Source: an uncultured Candidatus Binatia bacterium (GTDB lineage: Bacteria > Desulfobacterota > Binatia > UBA9968 > JAJDTQ01). Taken from it: a stretch of 64,000 bases of DNA. A program made the position numbers and the translations under genes. Below the pieces are notes generated by a model that searched no databases, was not told the DNA's origin, and saw only the letters and a list, made by a program, of their open reading frames with translations. The stretch lies in contig OZ219754.1 in the NCBI GenBank assembly GCA_964291295.2, forward strand, positions 3,520,001-3,584,000, in the 5' to 3' direction. This document shows positions 54,302 to 63,884 of the stretch, piece by piece; the stretch's first letter is position 1; each line of letters opens with the position of its first letter.

Positions 54302-55273
54302 CTAGATACTAGGTGATGCCGCCGCCCTTGTCAAGCATGCCGCCTCGGGGATCTCCCGCGCGTTGCCGCTCAATACCCGGCGGGCGCGGCCGACATCCTC
54401 GTCCATCTGCCGTACGAGTCTTTCCACCGAAGGGAACTTCCGTTCCTCCCGAAGTCGTTCCACGAAGAATACCCGCAACCGGCGACCGTACAAATCCTCG
54501 CTGAAATCCATCAGGTGCGTCTCGATGGTTCTGGGGCCCGAACCGAAGGTGGGATTGACACCGATGCTGGTGACGCCGGGCAACCGCCTATCACCCAACC
54601 GAACCCACGTCGCGTAGATTCCGTTGGCCGGCACCACCTCGGTCCTGCTGTGCACATTGGCCGTGGGAAAGCCGAGTTCCCGGCCTCGTCGATGCCCCTC
54701 GACGACAGAACCGGCAACGAAATGGCAACGTCCGAGATGACGCCGGGCGACATCGACCCTGCCTTCTTCCAGCAATGCGCGGATGCGGCTGCTGCTGACG
54801 GCGTGGCCCGAGTCGGCCACGGCCTGGATGACCTCGACCTCCATCCCGGCGGCGGGCCCCCATGCCATGAGTTCCTTGACCGTGCCGGCCCTGTTCCTGC
54901 CAAAACGGAAGTCCTGCCCGACCCACAGCCGTTCGACACCGAGCTGGCCCAGATACCGCCCCACGAAGTCACGCGGCGACAACGCGCAGAAACCCGGCGT
55001 GAAACGCTGAATCACGAGACAGTCGATGCCGGCGCGCCGCAACAGCGCCAATTTGTCCCGGCGCGCCAGGATCAGTCGCGGCGCGAATCCCGGTGCAAGA
55101 ATCTTCAGCGGATGGGGTTCGAACGTCAGAACAACGGCGGACCCGCCGCGCGTCCGCGCGTCCGCCAGCACACGCCGCAGCAGATCCTGATGTCCCAGAT
55201 GCACCCCATCAAAGTTTCCAATGGTCATGACGGGACGAACAAGGGGACGCCTGACGTGCCGCAGTATCTGCAT
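54302..55273 (-). CDS. ribF: Bifunctional riboflavin kinase/FAD synthetase
   Basis: IGNFDGVHLGHQ, TFEPHP, DFRFG, SSSRIR, GRELGFPTAN, IETH, LREE.KF. Confidence 0.96.
   Translation of the reverse strand: MQILRHVRRPLVRPVMTIGNFDGVHLGHQDLLRRVLADARTRGGSAVVLTFEPHPLKILAPGFAPRLILARRDKLALLRRAGIDCLVIQRFTPGFCALSPRDFVGRYLGQLGVERLWVGQDFRFGRNRAGTVKELMAWGPAAGMEVEVIQAVADSGHAVSSSRIRALLEEGRVDVARRHLGRCHFVAGSVVEGHRRGRELGFPTANVHSRTEVVPANGIYATWVRLGDRRLPGVTSIGVNPTFGSGPRTIETHLMDFSEDLYGRRLRVFFVERLREERKFPSVERLVRQMDEDVGRARRVLSGNAREIPEAACLTRAAASPSI
54306..54334 (-). promoter_or_regulatory. Sigma70-type promoter for rho inside the 3' end of ribF
   Basis: TTGACA-17 bp-TAGTAT. Confidence 0.6.
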
Positions 55274-55364
55274 CGTTGTTCCTGGAAGGCGTCCGTGAAG
55301 GCTCGGCCGGTGCAGGACTCGAAACCCGTCGCTTGCTCTCACGCAACGATCCACCGATCGGGGA

Positions 55365-56231
55365 TCAGGTGCCCAGGGAGCGGATTTTCTCCTGCGCCTT
55401 TTCGGCTTCCCTGGATTGCGGGTACCGTTTGATGACTTCCTGCAGGATGAGCCGTGCATCGACCCGGTTTCCCAATTCGGCAAAGGCGTAGCCTATCCTG
55501 AGCAAAGCCGCGGGAACCTTGTCGCCCTTCGGATACTCCTTGCGCACCAAGTCGAATTCCAGAATGGCTTCGTCGAACTCCTGGAGCGCGTAGTAGCTTT
55601 CGCCGATCCAGTACTGCGCGTTGTCCGTCAGAGCGCTGTCCGGGTACTGTTCGACGAATTTCCTGAACTGTTCGATGGCGCCGCGATAGTCCCGCTCGCG
55701 CAGACGTCTCCACGCATCTTCGTAGTTCCGCCGGGCTTCCGCCGCCTCCCGAACCGACGCCGGTTCGGGAGCCGCGGTTGCAGAATCCTTCTCAGCCGGC
55801 GCCCCGGTGTCGACCGTCGCCGCGGTCCCGCCGGTTCTCAGAACAGCGTTCCGCAGCAGGCGCAGTTCACCCTCACGCACCTTGAGCAGCTCCCGCTGGC
55901 TCCGTACCTCCGTCTCGAGGGCCGCCAACCTCTGCTGCAGCTCCTTGATGTTTCCGGAACCGACCCCCGCTCCGTGACGTATCTCCTCCACCGCCCCCTC
56001 GGCGGCGTTGAGGCGGTCCCGCATGGTGGCAAGCTCCGCACGGGTATCCGCCAACTGCCTGCGGGTCTGGTCGATCTGTTCGGTCAACCCGTTCAGCACC
56101 GCCCACTCGCGTTCCGTCAACGGCGTGCGGTCGGGGGGTGCGGGCGCCGCATAGTAGTCTACGGTGCAGCCCCATGCTGAAGCCAGCAAGGCAACGGCTA
56201 ACGATACGCGGACACCGATTCGCATGGACAT
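55365..56231 (-). CDS. cpoB: Tol-Pal associated CpoB (YbgF), lipoprotein-type N-terminus
   Basis: Coiled coil followed by TPR motifs YP.S....NAQYWIGE.Y and YPKGDK.PAALL. Downstream of pal. Confidence 0.88.
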   Translation of the reverse strand: MSMRIGVRVSLAVALLASAWGCTVDYYAAPAPPDRTPLTEREWAVLNGLTEQIDQTRRQLADTRAELATMRDRLNAAEGAVEEIRHGAGVGSGNIKELQQRLAALETEVRSQRELLKVREGELRLLRNAVLRTGGTAATVDTGAPAEKDSATAAPEPASVREAAEARRNYEDAWRRLRERDYRGAIEQFRKFVEQYPDSALTDNAQYWIGESYYALQEFDEAILEFDLVRKEYPKGDKVPAALLRIGYAFAELGNRVDARLILQEVIKRYPQSREAEKAQEKIRSLGT

Positions 56232-56327
56232 GCAGCCCTCTCGCGAATGAGGAACCGGCGGGCAGTCATGGCTGGCAGAGCATGAACGACACAGGCCATG
56301 TCAGCCTGTCCGAGCAAGCGGAACTCT

Positions 56328-56921
56328 CTACGAGGACGGCTTGAGGGGCCGGACGACGAAATGCGCACGCCGGTTCTTGCGCCAGCACTCCTCCGAGTTT
56401 TCTCCACAGACCGGGAGTTCCTCTCCGTAACTGATGGTGGAAAGACGATCCGGAGCATTTCCCAGTGTCACGAGATAGTCCTTGACCGCCTGAGCCCGCC
56501 GGGCCCCCAAGGCCAGATTGTACTCGTTGGTGCCCCGATTGTCCGCATGACCCTCGATCTCTATCGAGACGTCGGGTTTCTGCTTGATCCAGTCGGAATT
56601 GCGTTGCAGCAGATCCCGGGCGTCCGGCCCCAGCTCGGCGCGGTCAAATTCGAAATGGACATCCGCCAGCACACCTTCCTCGGCGGGCCTGCCTTCCTGG
56701 AGGGCGGTAAGGCTGTCCGTGCCCGTCTGAACATCCGCCGCCGGCCCGCCCGCCGGCGACGACAGGGTGCCTTCGGCAATACCGCTTGGATCGCTGCCGC
56801 CCGCCGTCCCGACTTCGGCCGGCGGAGCCGTCTCATCCCCCGGTTCGGGAGGCGGCGTGCAGGAGACGAGCAGTTGAAGGGAAAGGGAACAAGACAGCAA
56901 GACAAGCGATTTTCTCATCAT
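56328..56921 (-). CDS. pal: Peptidoglycan-associated lipoprotein
   Basis: Lipobox LVSC, VHFEFD, IEGHAD.RGTNEYNLALG.RRA, SYGEE.P, NRRA. Confidence 0.95.
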   Translation of the reverse strand: MMRKSLVLLSCSLSLQLLVSCTPPPEPGDETAPPAEVGTAGGSDPSGIAEGTLSSPAGGPAADVQTGTDSLTALQEGRPAEEGVLADVHFEFDRAELGPDARDLLQRNSDWIKQKPDVSIEIEGHADNRGTNEYNLALGARRAQAVKDYLVTLGNAPDRLSTISYGEELPVCGENSEECWRKNRRAHFVVRPLKPSS

Positions 56922-57139
56922 CCGTTTATTTCCTGTCTTCCCCGAAGATGGGTTGGGACGACTCGGCAAGGATGTGGCGACACCATGACGGCGATCTTGT
57001 GGCGACAATTTCATGACGCCCACTCACATGATGACAACCACTGTAAGACAGACTCATGACAAACACTGTACGGCAACCGCTGTCCCTGACAAGATGTTGC
57101 AGGGCACTGGACGACTGACCGGCCCCTGCCCCGCCTAGG

Positions 57140-58540
57140 CTAGCGCAGCCGGGGCGACCACGAAGGATGTGTATCATCTCCGGTGGAGCCTGTCAAACGT
57201 CGCTGGCTCTCTCCGTCACGCCGCATCGTATAGATTCGACGGGAACCCGTGCGGTCCGACGTGAAGGCGATGAACCGTCCGTCGGGCGACCAGGAGGGAT
57301 CCTCGTCATTGTGCCGGTTGTTGGTGATGGCCCGCTGCTCGCTGCCGTCCGGCCGGATGGTAAAGATGTTCATGACGCCCTTCGACCTTCCCGCGAAGGC
57401 GACAAACTCCCCCGTGGGCGACCAATCGGGCGACTGATTGTAGCTGCCCTCGAATGTCAGCCGGCGAACCTGTCCGCTGGAGACTTCCAGGACATGGATC
57501 TGGGGGGTTCCGTGCCGGTCGGACACGAATGCGATCCTTCGTCCATCCGGCGACCAGGTGGGCGAGATGTCGATGCTGGGGTTCGTCGTAAGGCGCTCCA
57601 CGATCATGCCCGAACGGTTCAGCAGGTAGAGGTCCTGATTGCTCCGCCGCTCCAACGGAATGGCGAGGTGCCGTCCGTCCGGCGACCACCGGCCGCGCAG
57701 GCTCAACCCGTCCCCGGTGGAGATCGGCGTCTCCCGGTCGGTGGTCAGGTCGAAACCGACCACCCGCGGCCTGCCCGTCCCGTAGGAGAGATAGACCAGA
57801 CCCTTGCCGTCCGGCCACCATGAGGGGAACAGGTTGATGGTTCGGTTGTTGGTGACCTTCTTCTTCCCGGTTCCGTCCAGATGCGCGACATATATCTCCT
57901 TGAACCGGTCCCTTCCGGTCGAGACATACGCGATCCTGGTATCGAACACGCCCCGGACACCGGTCAGCTTCAGGATGACCTCGTCGACGAAACGATGGGC
58001 CATGCGCCGGGCGTCACGGACATCGCCGGAGTACGTCTTTCCCAGTAACGCCTCCTGGCGGAAAACGTCGTAGAGCCAGAACTCGACCTCGACCCCCTCG
58101 CCGGAGACCCGGAAACCACCCTTGACGAGCCCCTCGGCTCCGATGGTTGCCCAATCCCGGAAATCGAATTCGCCCGATCGGATCCCGGTTCGCTGAGGAT
58201 GCTCAAGGTAGGCGGATCGGTCGATGATCGTGAACCAGCCGGAGCGGTCCAGATCGTCGGTGATCACGTCGGCCAGGCGCTCGGAAAGGCGCTCGACATC
58301 GCTCGACATCCCGAGGTTCCTGAGCGGGGAAACCGCCATCCGGTAACGCTCGGCGCCCGGACCGACGATCAGGCCCTTGACCTGGCCCTGAACCGCCACC
58401 GGGAAAAGCCAGCAGAGCACCAGCGCGGCGATGATCCACGCCACCCACCGGCGGCGGGAAGCCTCAACCGGTCCGTCCAGCCCCTGCCCCGCTCGGGGCG
58501 TGCTCCGTTCCCCCATGTTCCAGGAATCCTCTTCGTTCAC
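57140..58540 (-). CDS. tolB: TolB beta-propeller protein
   Basis: AHRF.D, FDTRIAYV and repeated P.WSPDG (PD40) units. Start uncertain (58540 or 58516). Confidence 0.93.
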   Translation of the reverse strand: MNEEDSWNMGERSTPRAGQGLDGPVEASRRRWVAWIIAALVLCWLFPVAVQGQVKGLIVGPGAERYRMAVSPLRNLGMSSDVERLSERLADVITDDLDRSGWFTIIDRSAYLEHPQRTGIRSGEFDFRDWATIGAEGLVKGGFRVSGEGVEVEFWLYDVFRQEALLGKTYSGDVRDARRMAHRFVDEVILKLTGVRGVFDTRIAYVSTGRDRFKEIYVAHLDGTGKKKVTNNRTINLFPSWWPDGKGLVYLSYGTGRPRVVGFDLTTDRETPISTGDGLSLRGRWSPDGRHLAIPLERRSNQDLYLLNRSGMIVERLTTNPSIDISPTWSPDGRRIAFVSDRHGTPQIHVLEVSSGQVRRLTFEGSYNQSPDWSPTGEFVAFAGRSKGVMNIFTIRPDGSEQRAITNNRHNDEDPSWSPDGRFIAFTSDRTGSRRIYTMRRDGESQRRLTGSTGDDTHPSWSPRLR

Positions 58541-58564
58541 GTCAAGCGCCCCTGCGCCACGATG

Positions 58565-59584
58565 TCAGCCATCCTCGGCGGCAGGCCGAAAAACCAGTTC
58601 GACCTGCGCGAACTCGCGCGCATGGCGCGGCGGCGGCGGCGGCAAGGGACTCGCACCCCGCACCGCCCGTATCACCGATTCATCGTAGGAGAGGTCTCCC
58701 GAAGACTTCAACAACCGGAGCCCGAAGATCTCCCCATCGACCCCGATCCCGAAACCCACGGTTACCTTGAGGTCCCTGCGTTTGCCGATCCAGGTCCAAC
58801 GCTCCTTGATGCGGCCGAGCATCCCGTTGCGATAGGCCACGAACTCCATTCCCCTGACCAGGGCGCCGCCATTGCCGCTGCCGGCGCCCGACGTCTCCGA
58901 ACCGGCATGCGGCGTCCGGGCCTCGCGTTGCAATCGCGCCCGCTCCCTGGCCGCCGCCACGGCGGCATCGATACGCCTTCGATTCAGCCTCTGGACCAGC
59001 CGCGAATCCTTGCCCGGTTCATTTTTCGGCTTCGGCGCTTGGGGGGGCTTCCTGACGACTTTCTTCGTGACGACCTTTCCGGGACTCCTGCGAACAGGCT
59101 GCTTCTTCGTCTTGACGACCTTCTTCGTCTCGACCGCCTTCTTCGGTTCGACCAACTTCTTTTTCGGTTTCTCCGGCGCCTTGACGACCTTCTTCCGGCG
59201 CGGCGGTGGCTCCTTTGCCTGCGCCTTTGGCGGCGGCGGAAGCTCCTCGGGAGCCTGGGTGATTTTCGGTGGATCCGGAACGGCCGGTTCGGAGTCGGCC
59301 TCGTCCAGCGGCGGGAGCGGTTCGGCCCGCGCCGGTTTCACCTCCTGCCGCTCGGGGCTTCGAAGATCGGGGCGCGGCCCCGGCATGTCTCCAGCCACCA
59401 GGTCCACGGTATAGACGGGGACGGGAGAGTCCCGGCGTGCGGTGCTCGCGGGCACCAGCAGCAATGTCAGGACAAGTACCAGATGGAGAGCGCCCGAGAA
59501 GCAGATCCACCACCTCAGACCACGGGTGCCCGATCCACGATGCTCCTCGTGGGGGTCGCCTTTCCCGGGGAAGATGGCGCGCAT
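58565..59584 (-). CDS. tolA: TolA/TonB-family energy transducer
   Basis: TM helix with S-x3-H, Pro/Lys-rich linker, C-terminal SSG...YD.S..RAV...SPLP. Confidence 0.85.
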   Translation of the reverse strand: MRAIFPGKGDPHEEHRGSGTRGLRWWICFSGALHLVLVLTLLLVPASTARRDSPVPVYTVDLVAGDMPGPRPDLRSPERQEVKPARAEPLPPLDEADSEPAVPDPPKITQAPEELPPPPKAQAKEPPPRRKKVVKAPEKPKKKLVEPKKAVETKKVVKTKKQPVRRSPGKVVTKKVVRKPPQAPKPKNEPGKDSRLVQRLNRRRIDAAVAAARERARLQREARTPHAGSETSGAGSGNGGALVRGMEFVAYRNGMLGRIKERWTWIGKRRDLKVTVGFGIGVDGEIFGLRLLKSSGDLSYDESVIRAVRGASPLPPPPPRHAREFAQVELVFRPAAEDG

Positions 59585-59609
59585 CCGACTCCCTCTTCCT
59601 GAACACCGC

Positions 59610-60029
59610 TCACGGACCGGTGAGCGGCAGGGCCATCATGCCGAGCCTGCCGATGCCCGCGCCCTTGATCTCGCCGATGGCGGCGATCACCGAGCCGTAA
59701 CGAACATCGCGGTCCGCCCGCAGGTAGACGGATTTGCCGGGGTCCAGATTCCGAATGGCCTGCAGCTTCGTTCGAAGCTCCGCCGGAGTCACCTCGTTGT
59801 CGTTCAGGTAGACCCGGCCTTCCCGTGAAACCGTGACGATCAAGGGGTCCGCCTCGCCCACCACCGGGCTGGCCTTGGCTTGCGGCAGATTGACTTCCAC
59901 GCCCTGCTGAATGATCGGCGCGGTGACCATGAAGATCACCAGCAACACCAGCATGACATCCACGAAGGGGGTGACATTGATGTTCGACAACGGCAGCGCG
60001 TTCCGCCCCTGGCCGACGTCAGCCGCCAT
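59610..60029 (-). CDS. tolR: TolR
   Basis: INVTPFVDVMLVLLVIFMVTAP, V.LP, RAD..V.YG. Confidence 0.93.
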   Translation of the reverse strand: MAADVGQGRNALPLSNINVTPFVDVMLVLLVIFMVTAPIIQQGVEVNLPQAKASPVVGEADPLIVTVSREGRVYLNDNEVTPAELRTKLQAIRNLDPGKSVYLRADRDVRYGSVIAAIGEIKGAGIGRLGMMALPLTGP

Positions 60030-60089
60030 GACTCACCCCTTGTCCGTTCGGACCACTCGCGCAGTCCCCGACCATGCCGGAGGTATCCA

Positions 60090-60845
60090 TCACTTCCTGG
60101 TGAAATGCCGCTCCGCGATATTGAGAAACTCCTGCGTGAAGTTCTCCATGTCCGTGGTCAGCACCCGGATCTCCTGAAGGTAGTGGTTGTAGGCGATGAG
60201 CGCGGGAATCGCCGCCATCAGGCCCGCCGCGGTGGCGACCAGCGCCTCGGCGATTCCGGGCGCCACCGCCTGAATCGTCGACGACCGGGTAACGCTGAGC
60301 CCGCGGAATGCGTTCATGATGCCCCACACCGTGCCGAAGAGGCCTATGAACGGCGTGGAGCCGGAGGTGGTCGCCAGGAAGGTCAGCGTCTTCTCCAGCT
60401 TCGTCAACTCCACGTTGGCGGCGCGTTTCATGGCCCGCGCGACGTTGTCCACCCCGCTGAGATCGGTGGTCAGACCCTTCGCCTCCGCCGCGTCCCGGCG
60501 CGACACCCGGAGCAATTCCTCGTATCCGGCGACAAAGACCTGGGCCACCGGACTCGCTTCCAGCTCCTGGCTGGTTTCGTGTATCGAGGCCAGGTTGCGG
60601 CTCTCCCAGAAGACTTCGATGAAACGGGCCGACTGGACCTTGGCATCGCGCACGTGTCTGTACTTGAAGAAGATGACGCCCCAACTGACCACCGAGATGA
60701 GGATCAACAGATAGAGCACCAACTGGACAACCGGACCCGCTCCCAGGACCAGATCGAGTATGCCCTGATGCTGCAGAGCCACCGGCACGGGGTCGGGCTG
60801 AACCGCCAACTGGTAGATCGAGAAGTATGTCAGGAAATACGGCAT
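60090..60845 (-). CDS. tolQ: TolQ
   Basis: SVVSW.VI..K, PFIGLFGTVWGIM, VAPGIAEALVATA.GL..AIPA. Start placed at ATG 60845 (ORF open to 60902). Confidence 0.93.
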   Translation of the reverse strand: MPYFLTYFSIYQLAVQPDPVPVALQHQGILDLVLGAGPVVQLVLYLLILISVVSWGVIFFKYRHVRDAKVQSARFIEVFWESRNLASIHETSQELEASPVAQVFVAGYEELLRVSRRDAAEAKGLTTDLSGVDNVARAMKRAANVELTKLEKTLTFLATTSGSTPFIGLFGTVWGIMNAFRGLSVTRSSTIQAVAPGIAEALVATAAGLMAAIPALIAYNHYLQEIRVLTTDMENFTQEFLNIAERHFTRK

Positions 60846-60889
60846 CACCCACGGCACCAACCATGGTGCCAAACCACGCGGCCCATCAC

Positions 60890-60915
60890 CCCGGGCCATC
60901 AACCCGGGCCATCAA
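60890..60915. repeat. 13-bp perfect tandem duplication in the tolQ/pgk divergent region
   Basis: CCCGGGCCATCAA x2, preceded by a degenerate copy. Confidence 0.8.
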
Positions 60916-60981
60916 CCCCATACAATCTTGAAAGTTTATTTTAATCGCAGTACCCAGTCAATTGGTCGTCTTTTGAGTACC

Positions 60982-62199
60982 ATGCTCCGCAACGTTTCAG
61001 AACTGCCCCTGGCGGGAAAGACCGTGTTTCTCCGAGTGGACTTCAACGTACCCCTCGACGGCCGGGCCATCACCGAAACCCACCGTATCCACAGCGCGCT
61101 GCCGACGATCCGGTTCCTGCTGGAGAAGGCCCCCAGGCTCGTGATCGCCTCCCATCTGGGCCGCCCCGGCGGGACCTCCGACCACCGGTGGAGCCTCGCG
61201 CCCGTGCAACGACACCTCGAACAAACCCTTTCCATGCCCGTGCGGCTCGCTCCCGACTGCGTTGGTCCGGCAGTGCGGCAGTTGGTGGCGAACCTGGACA
61301 AGGGAAGGGTCCTGTTGCTGGAGAACCTCCGGTTCCACTCCGGCGAGGAGGCCAACGACCCGGCATTCGCGCGGTCGCTTGCGAGTCTGGCGGACGTCTA
61401 CGTCAACGACGCCTTCGGCGCGGCACATCGGGCTCACGCCTCCACCGCCGGCATGGTCCGGCATTTCCGGGAAAAGGGGATGGGCTTTCTGTTTCACCAG
61501 GAAGTCGAATACCTGTCCCGTGTCCTCGGCGCGCCCGAGCGGCCCGTCGCCGCCATCCTGGGAGGCGCCAAGGTCTCCGACAAGATCGGCGTGCTCAAGA
61601 ACCTGATACCGCGGGTGGACCTCGTCATGGTGGGCGGCGCCATGGCATACACTTTCCTGAACGCCCGCGGCATCGCCGTGGGACGGTCGCTGCTGGAGAC
61701 GGAATCCCTTGCCGTGGCCAGGGAGATCATGAGCGAGGCGGAGCGGTCCGGAGTCCCGTTCGTGCTGCCGGTGGACCATGTCGCCGCCGGGGACATCGAC
61801 GGCGCCGATCATGGCGCGACCCCCGACGCGAACATCCCGGAAGACCGGATGGGGCTCGATATCGGTCCGAAGACAGCCGCCCTGTTCTCGGAAAGACTCG
61901 CGAACGCGGCCATGGCGCTGTGGAACGGTCCCCTGGGGCTGTTCGAACGGGAGCCGTTCCATCGCGGAACCGTGGCGGTGGCGCGGGCGCTGGCGTCCTC
62001 GGACGCCGTCAGCATCGTCGCCGGCGGCGACACGGTGGCGGCCGTGCGGCTTGCCGGGACCGCCGACAACGTGACACACCTGTCCACCGGAGGGGGAGCC
62101 ACGCTGGAGTTTCTCGAGGGCCGGACGCTCCCCGGCATCCAGGCCCTGGAAGACGGGAACCCCGGCGCAGCCGCGGCATGGCGAAACGCACGGTCATAG
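60982..62199 (+). CDS. pgk: Phosphoglycerate kinase
   Basis: RVDFNVP, SHLGRP, LLENLRF, NDAFG.AHR.HAS, GGAKVSDK, WNGP.G, STGGGA.LE. Confidence 0.97.
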   Translation: MLRNVSELPLAGKTVFLRVDFNVPLDGRAITETHRIHSALPTIRFLLEKAPRLVIASHLGRPGGTSDHRWSLAPVQRHLEQTLSMPVRLAPDCVGPAVRQLVANLDKGRVLLLENLRFHSGEEANDPAFARSLASLADVYVNDAFGAAHRAHASTAGMVRHFREKGMGFLFHQEVEYLSRVLGAPERPVAAILGGAKVSDKIGVLKNLIPRVDLVMVGGAMAYTFLNARGIAVGRSLLETESLAVAREIMSEAERSGVPFVLPVDHVAAGDIDGADHGATPDANIPEDRMGLDIGPKTAALFSERLANAAMALWNGPLGLFEREPFHRGTVAVARALASSDAVSIVAGGDTVAAVRLAGTADNVTHLSTGGGATLEFLEGRTLPGIQALEDGNPGAAAAWRNARS

Positions 62200-62960
62200 C
62201 CAACTGGAAGATGCACGGAAGCCAGCAGGAGGCCCGCACCCTGGCGCGCGGTGTCCGCCGGCTGCTGGACGACCGCCTTGCCGCCGTCGCGGTGGTGCTG
62301 GCCCCGCCGCTCACCTCCCTGGAGACCGTGCGGCAGGCCATCCGGGGAAGCCGGCTCGGCCTCTCCGCGCAGAATCTCCACTGGCAGCCCCAAGGGGCGT
62401 TCACCGGCGAGGTGGGAGCGGACATGTTGCGGGACGCGGGCTGCAGCCATGTGATCGTGGGCCACTCCGAGCGGCGCCGGCTCTTCGGTGAGACCAGCAT
62501 CGAGGTCGGACGAAAACTCGCCGCCGCCCTCGATACCTCCCTGACACCGGTTCTCTGTATCGGCGAGACCCTTCAGGAACGCCGCCGCGGCCACACCTGG
62601 CCCACCCTTTCCGCCCAGCTGTCGGGCGCATTGAAGGGCGTCTCGAAAAGTGTTAATGGTGACTTGATAGTGGCATACGAGCCGGTCTGGGCCATCGGAA
62701 CGGGCAGGAACGCGAATCCGACGCAGGTGATGGAAGCCCACCGCTGGATTCGGCGCTCGCTCGCGCGCCGGTTCGGAACCGCGGCGGCACAACAGATACC
62801 CATCCTCTACGGCGGCAGCGTCAATACCGGCAACGCCCCCGAACTGGCCCGGATTCCGGAGGTCGACGGAGTGCTGGTGGGTGGCGCAAGCCTCGATTAC
62901 CGGAGCTTTGCGGCCATCGCGGACATATTTTCGGAACTTCCGGAACTTTCGGGACAGTAG
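62178..62960 (+). CDS. tpiA: Triosephosphate isomerase
   Basis: NWKM, GAFTGE, GHSERR, AYEPVWAIGTG, LYGGSV, LVGGASL. Confidence 0.97.
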   Translation: MAKRTVIANWKMHGSQQEARTLARGVRRLLDDRLAAVAVVLAPPLTSLETVRQAIRGSRLGLSAQNLHWQPQGAFTGEVGADMLRDAGCSHVIVGHSERRRLFGETSIEVGRKLAAALDTSLTPVLCIGETLQERRRGHTWPTLSAQLSGALKGVSKSVNGDLIVAYEPVWAIGTGRNANPTQVMEAHRWIRRSLARRFGTAAAQQIPILYGGSVNTGNAPELARIPEVDGVLVGGASLDYRSFAAIADIFSELPELSGQ

Positions 62961-62980
62961 CGCCACCGGACGGACACCTC

Positions 62981-63334
62981 ATGATCATACTGGTAACAAC
63001 GGTCCATGTCCTGGTTTCCCTGGGGCTCATCGTCGTGGTGCTGCTGCAGACCGGCAAGGGCACCGACATGGGCGCCGCTTTCGGGGGAGGCTCCAGCACC
63101 ACCGTGTTCGGCGGCAGCGGCGCAGGCAATTTCCTGACCCGCGTCACCACCGGCATGGCGGTGGTGTTCATGCTCACTTGCCTGACACTGGGTTACTTTG
63201 CGGAACAGCGACCGGGATCGAGCGTCTTCGACAGCGTCAACCCGAGTGCCGGGACCGGCGATGCGCCGGCGGCCACGGACGCACCTGCGGCGCAGAGTCC
63301 GGAAAAGCCCCCGGAGGCACCGGCTTCTCCATGA
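62981..63334 (+). CDS. secG: Preprotein translocase subunit SecG
   Basis: VLLQ.GKG.DMGAAFGGG, FG..G..NFLTR.T. Typical tpiA-secG-tRNA-Leu order. Confidence 0.95.
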   Translation: MIILVTTVHVLVSLGLIVVVLLQTGKGTDMGAAFGGGSSTTVFGGSGAGNFLTRVTTGMAVVFMLTCLTLGYFAEQRPGSSVFDSVNPSAGTGDAPAATDAPAAQSPEKPPEAPASP

Positions 63335-63353
63335 AACATGCTCACCCGAACGT

Positions 63354-63440
63354 GCGAGGATGGCGGAACTGGCAGACGCGCTAGCTTGAGGGGCTAGTGC
63401 CAGCAATGGCGTGGGGGTTCAAGTCCCCCTCCTCGCACCA
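63354..63440 (+). tRNA. tRNA-Leu (anticodon GAG)
   Basis: Acceptor stem GCGAGGA/TCCTCGC plus ACCA, anticodon arm CTAGC-TTGAGGG-GCTAG, long variable arm, T-loop GTTCAAGTC. Confidence 0.95.
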
Positions 63441-63530
63441 TGACCCACCCCACACCCATCCACACCCTTCCCTCGCCCACGAAGACGACCCGCCTGCCGG
63501 CGGGTCGTCGGCTCCGGAACGCGGCCGCCG

Positions 63531-63830
63531 TCAGTTCACGGCACGAGCGAGGTCGTACAGCGAACTCACGAGAAAGGCGCGCAGGAACCAGACCGCGAAG
63601 ATGGCCACGACGGGGGACATGTCGATGCCGCCGAAGGCCAAGGGAAGGGCCTGCCTCAGGCGGTCCAGCACCGGGTCCGTCAGATTGCACAGCACGCGCA
63701 CGATGGGGTTGTAGGGGTCGGCATTGACCCAGGAAACCACCGCGCGGCCCAGGATCACCCAGACGTACAGTGCGAGAACGGTGTCCAGCAGTCCCGCCAG
63801 GGCCGCCAGAAAATTACCTGCCACAAACAT
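63531..63830 (-). CDS. yggT: YggT-family membrane protein
   Basis: SWV..DPYNPIV..L..LTDP.L..LR..LP...GGIDMSP. Confidence 0.92.
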   Translation of the reverse strand: MFVAGNFLAALAGLLDTVLALYVWVILGRAVVSWVNADPYNPIVRVLCNLTDPVLDRLRQALPLAFGGIDMSPVVAIFAVWFLRAFLVSSLYDLARAVN

Positions 63831-63858
63831 GTTTCCGACCCCGATGTTTCCGACCCCG
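63829..63858. repeat. 15-bp perfect tandem duplication at the yggT start
   Basis: ATGTTTCCGACCCCG x2. Confidence 0.85.
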
Positions 63859-63884
63859 GTCCTCGGCGCGGCGCCTCGCCTGTC

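Noticed and set aside
61188-62199. Pgk-TpiA fusion by programmed -1 frameshift, as in Thermotoga
   Set aside because: The tpiA frame is open upstream and the genes overlap by 22 nt, but no X XXY YYZ slippery site is present near the junction and tpiA has its own ATG. Translational coupling is sufficient.
63354-63530. tRNA-Leu as an occupied integration site
   Set aside because: No integrase and no duplicated tRNA 3' end seen in the window; core yggT follows directly.
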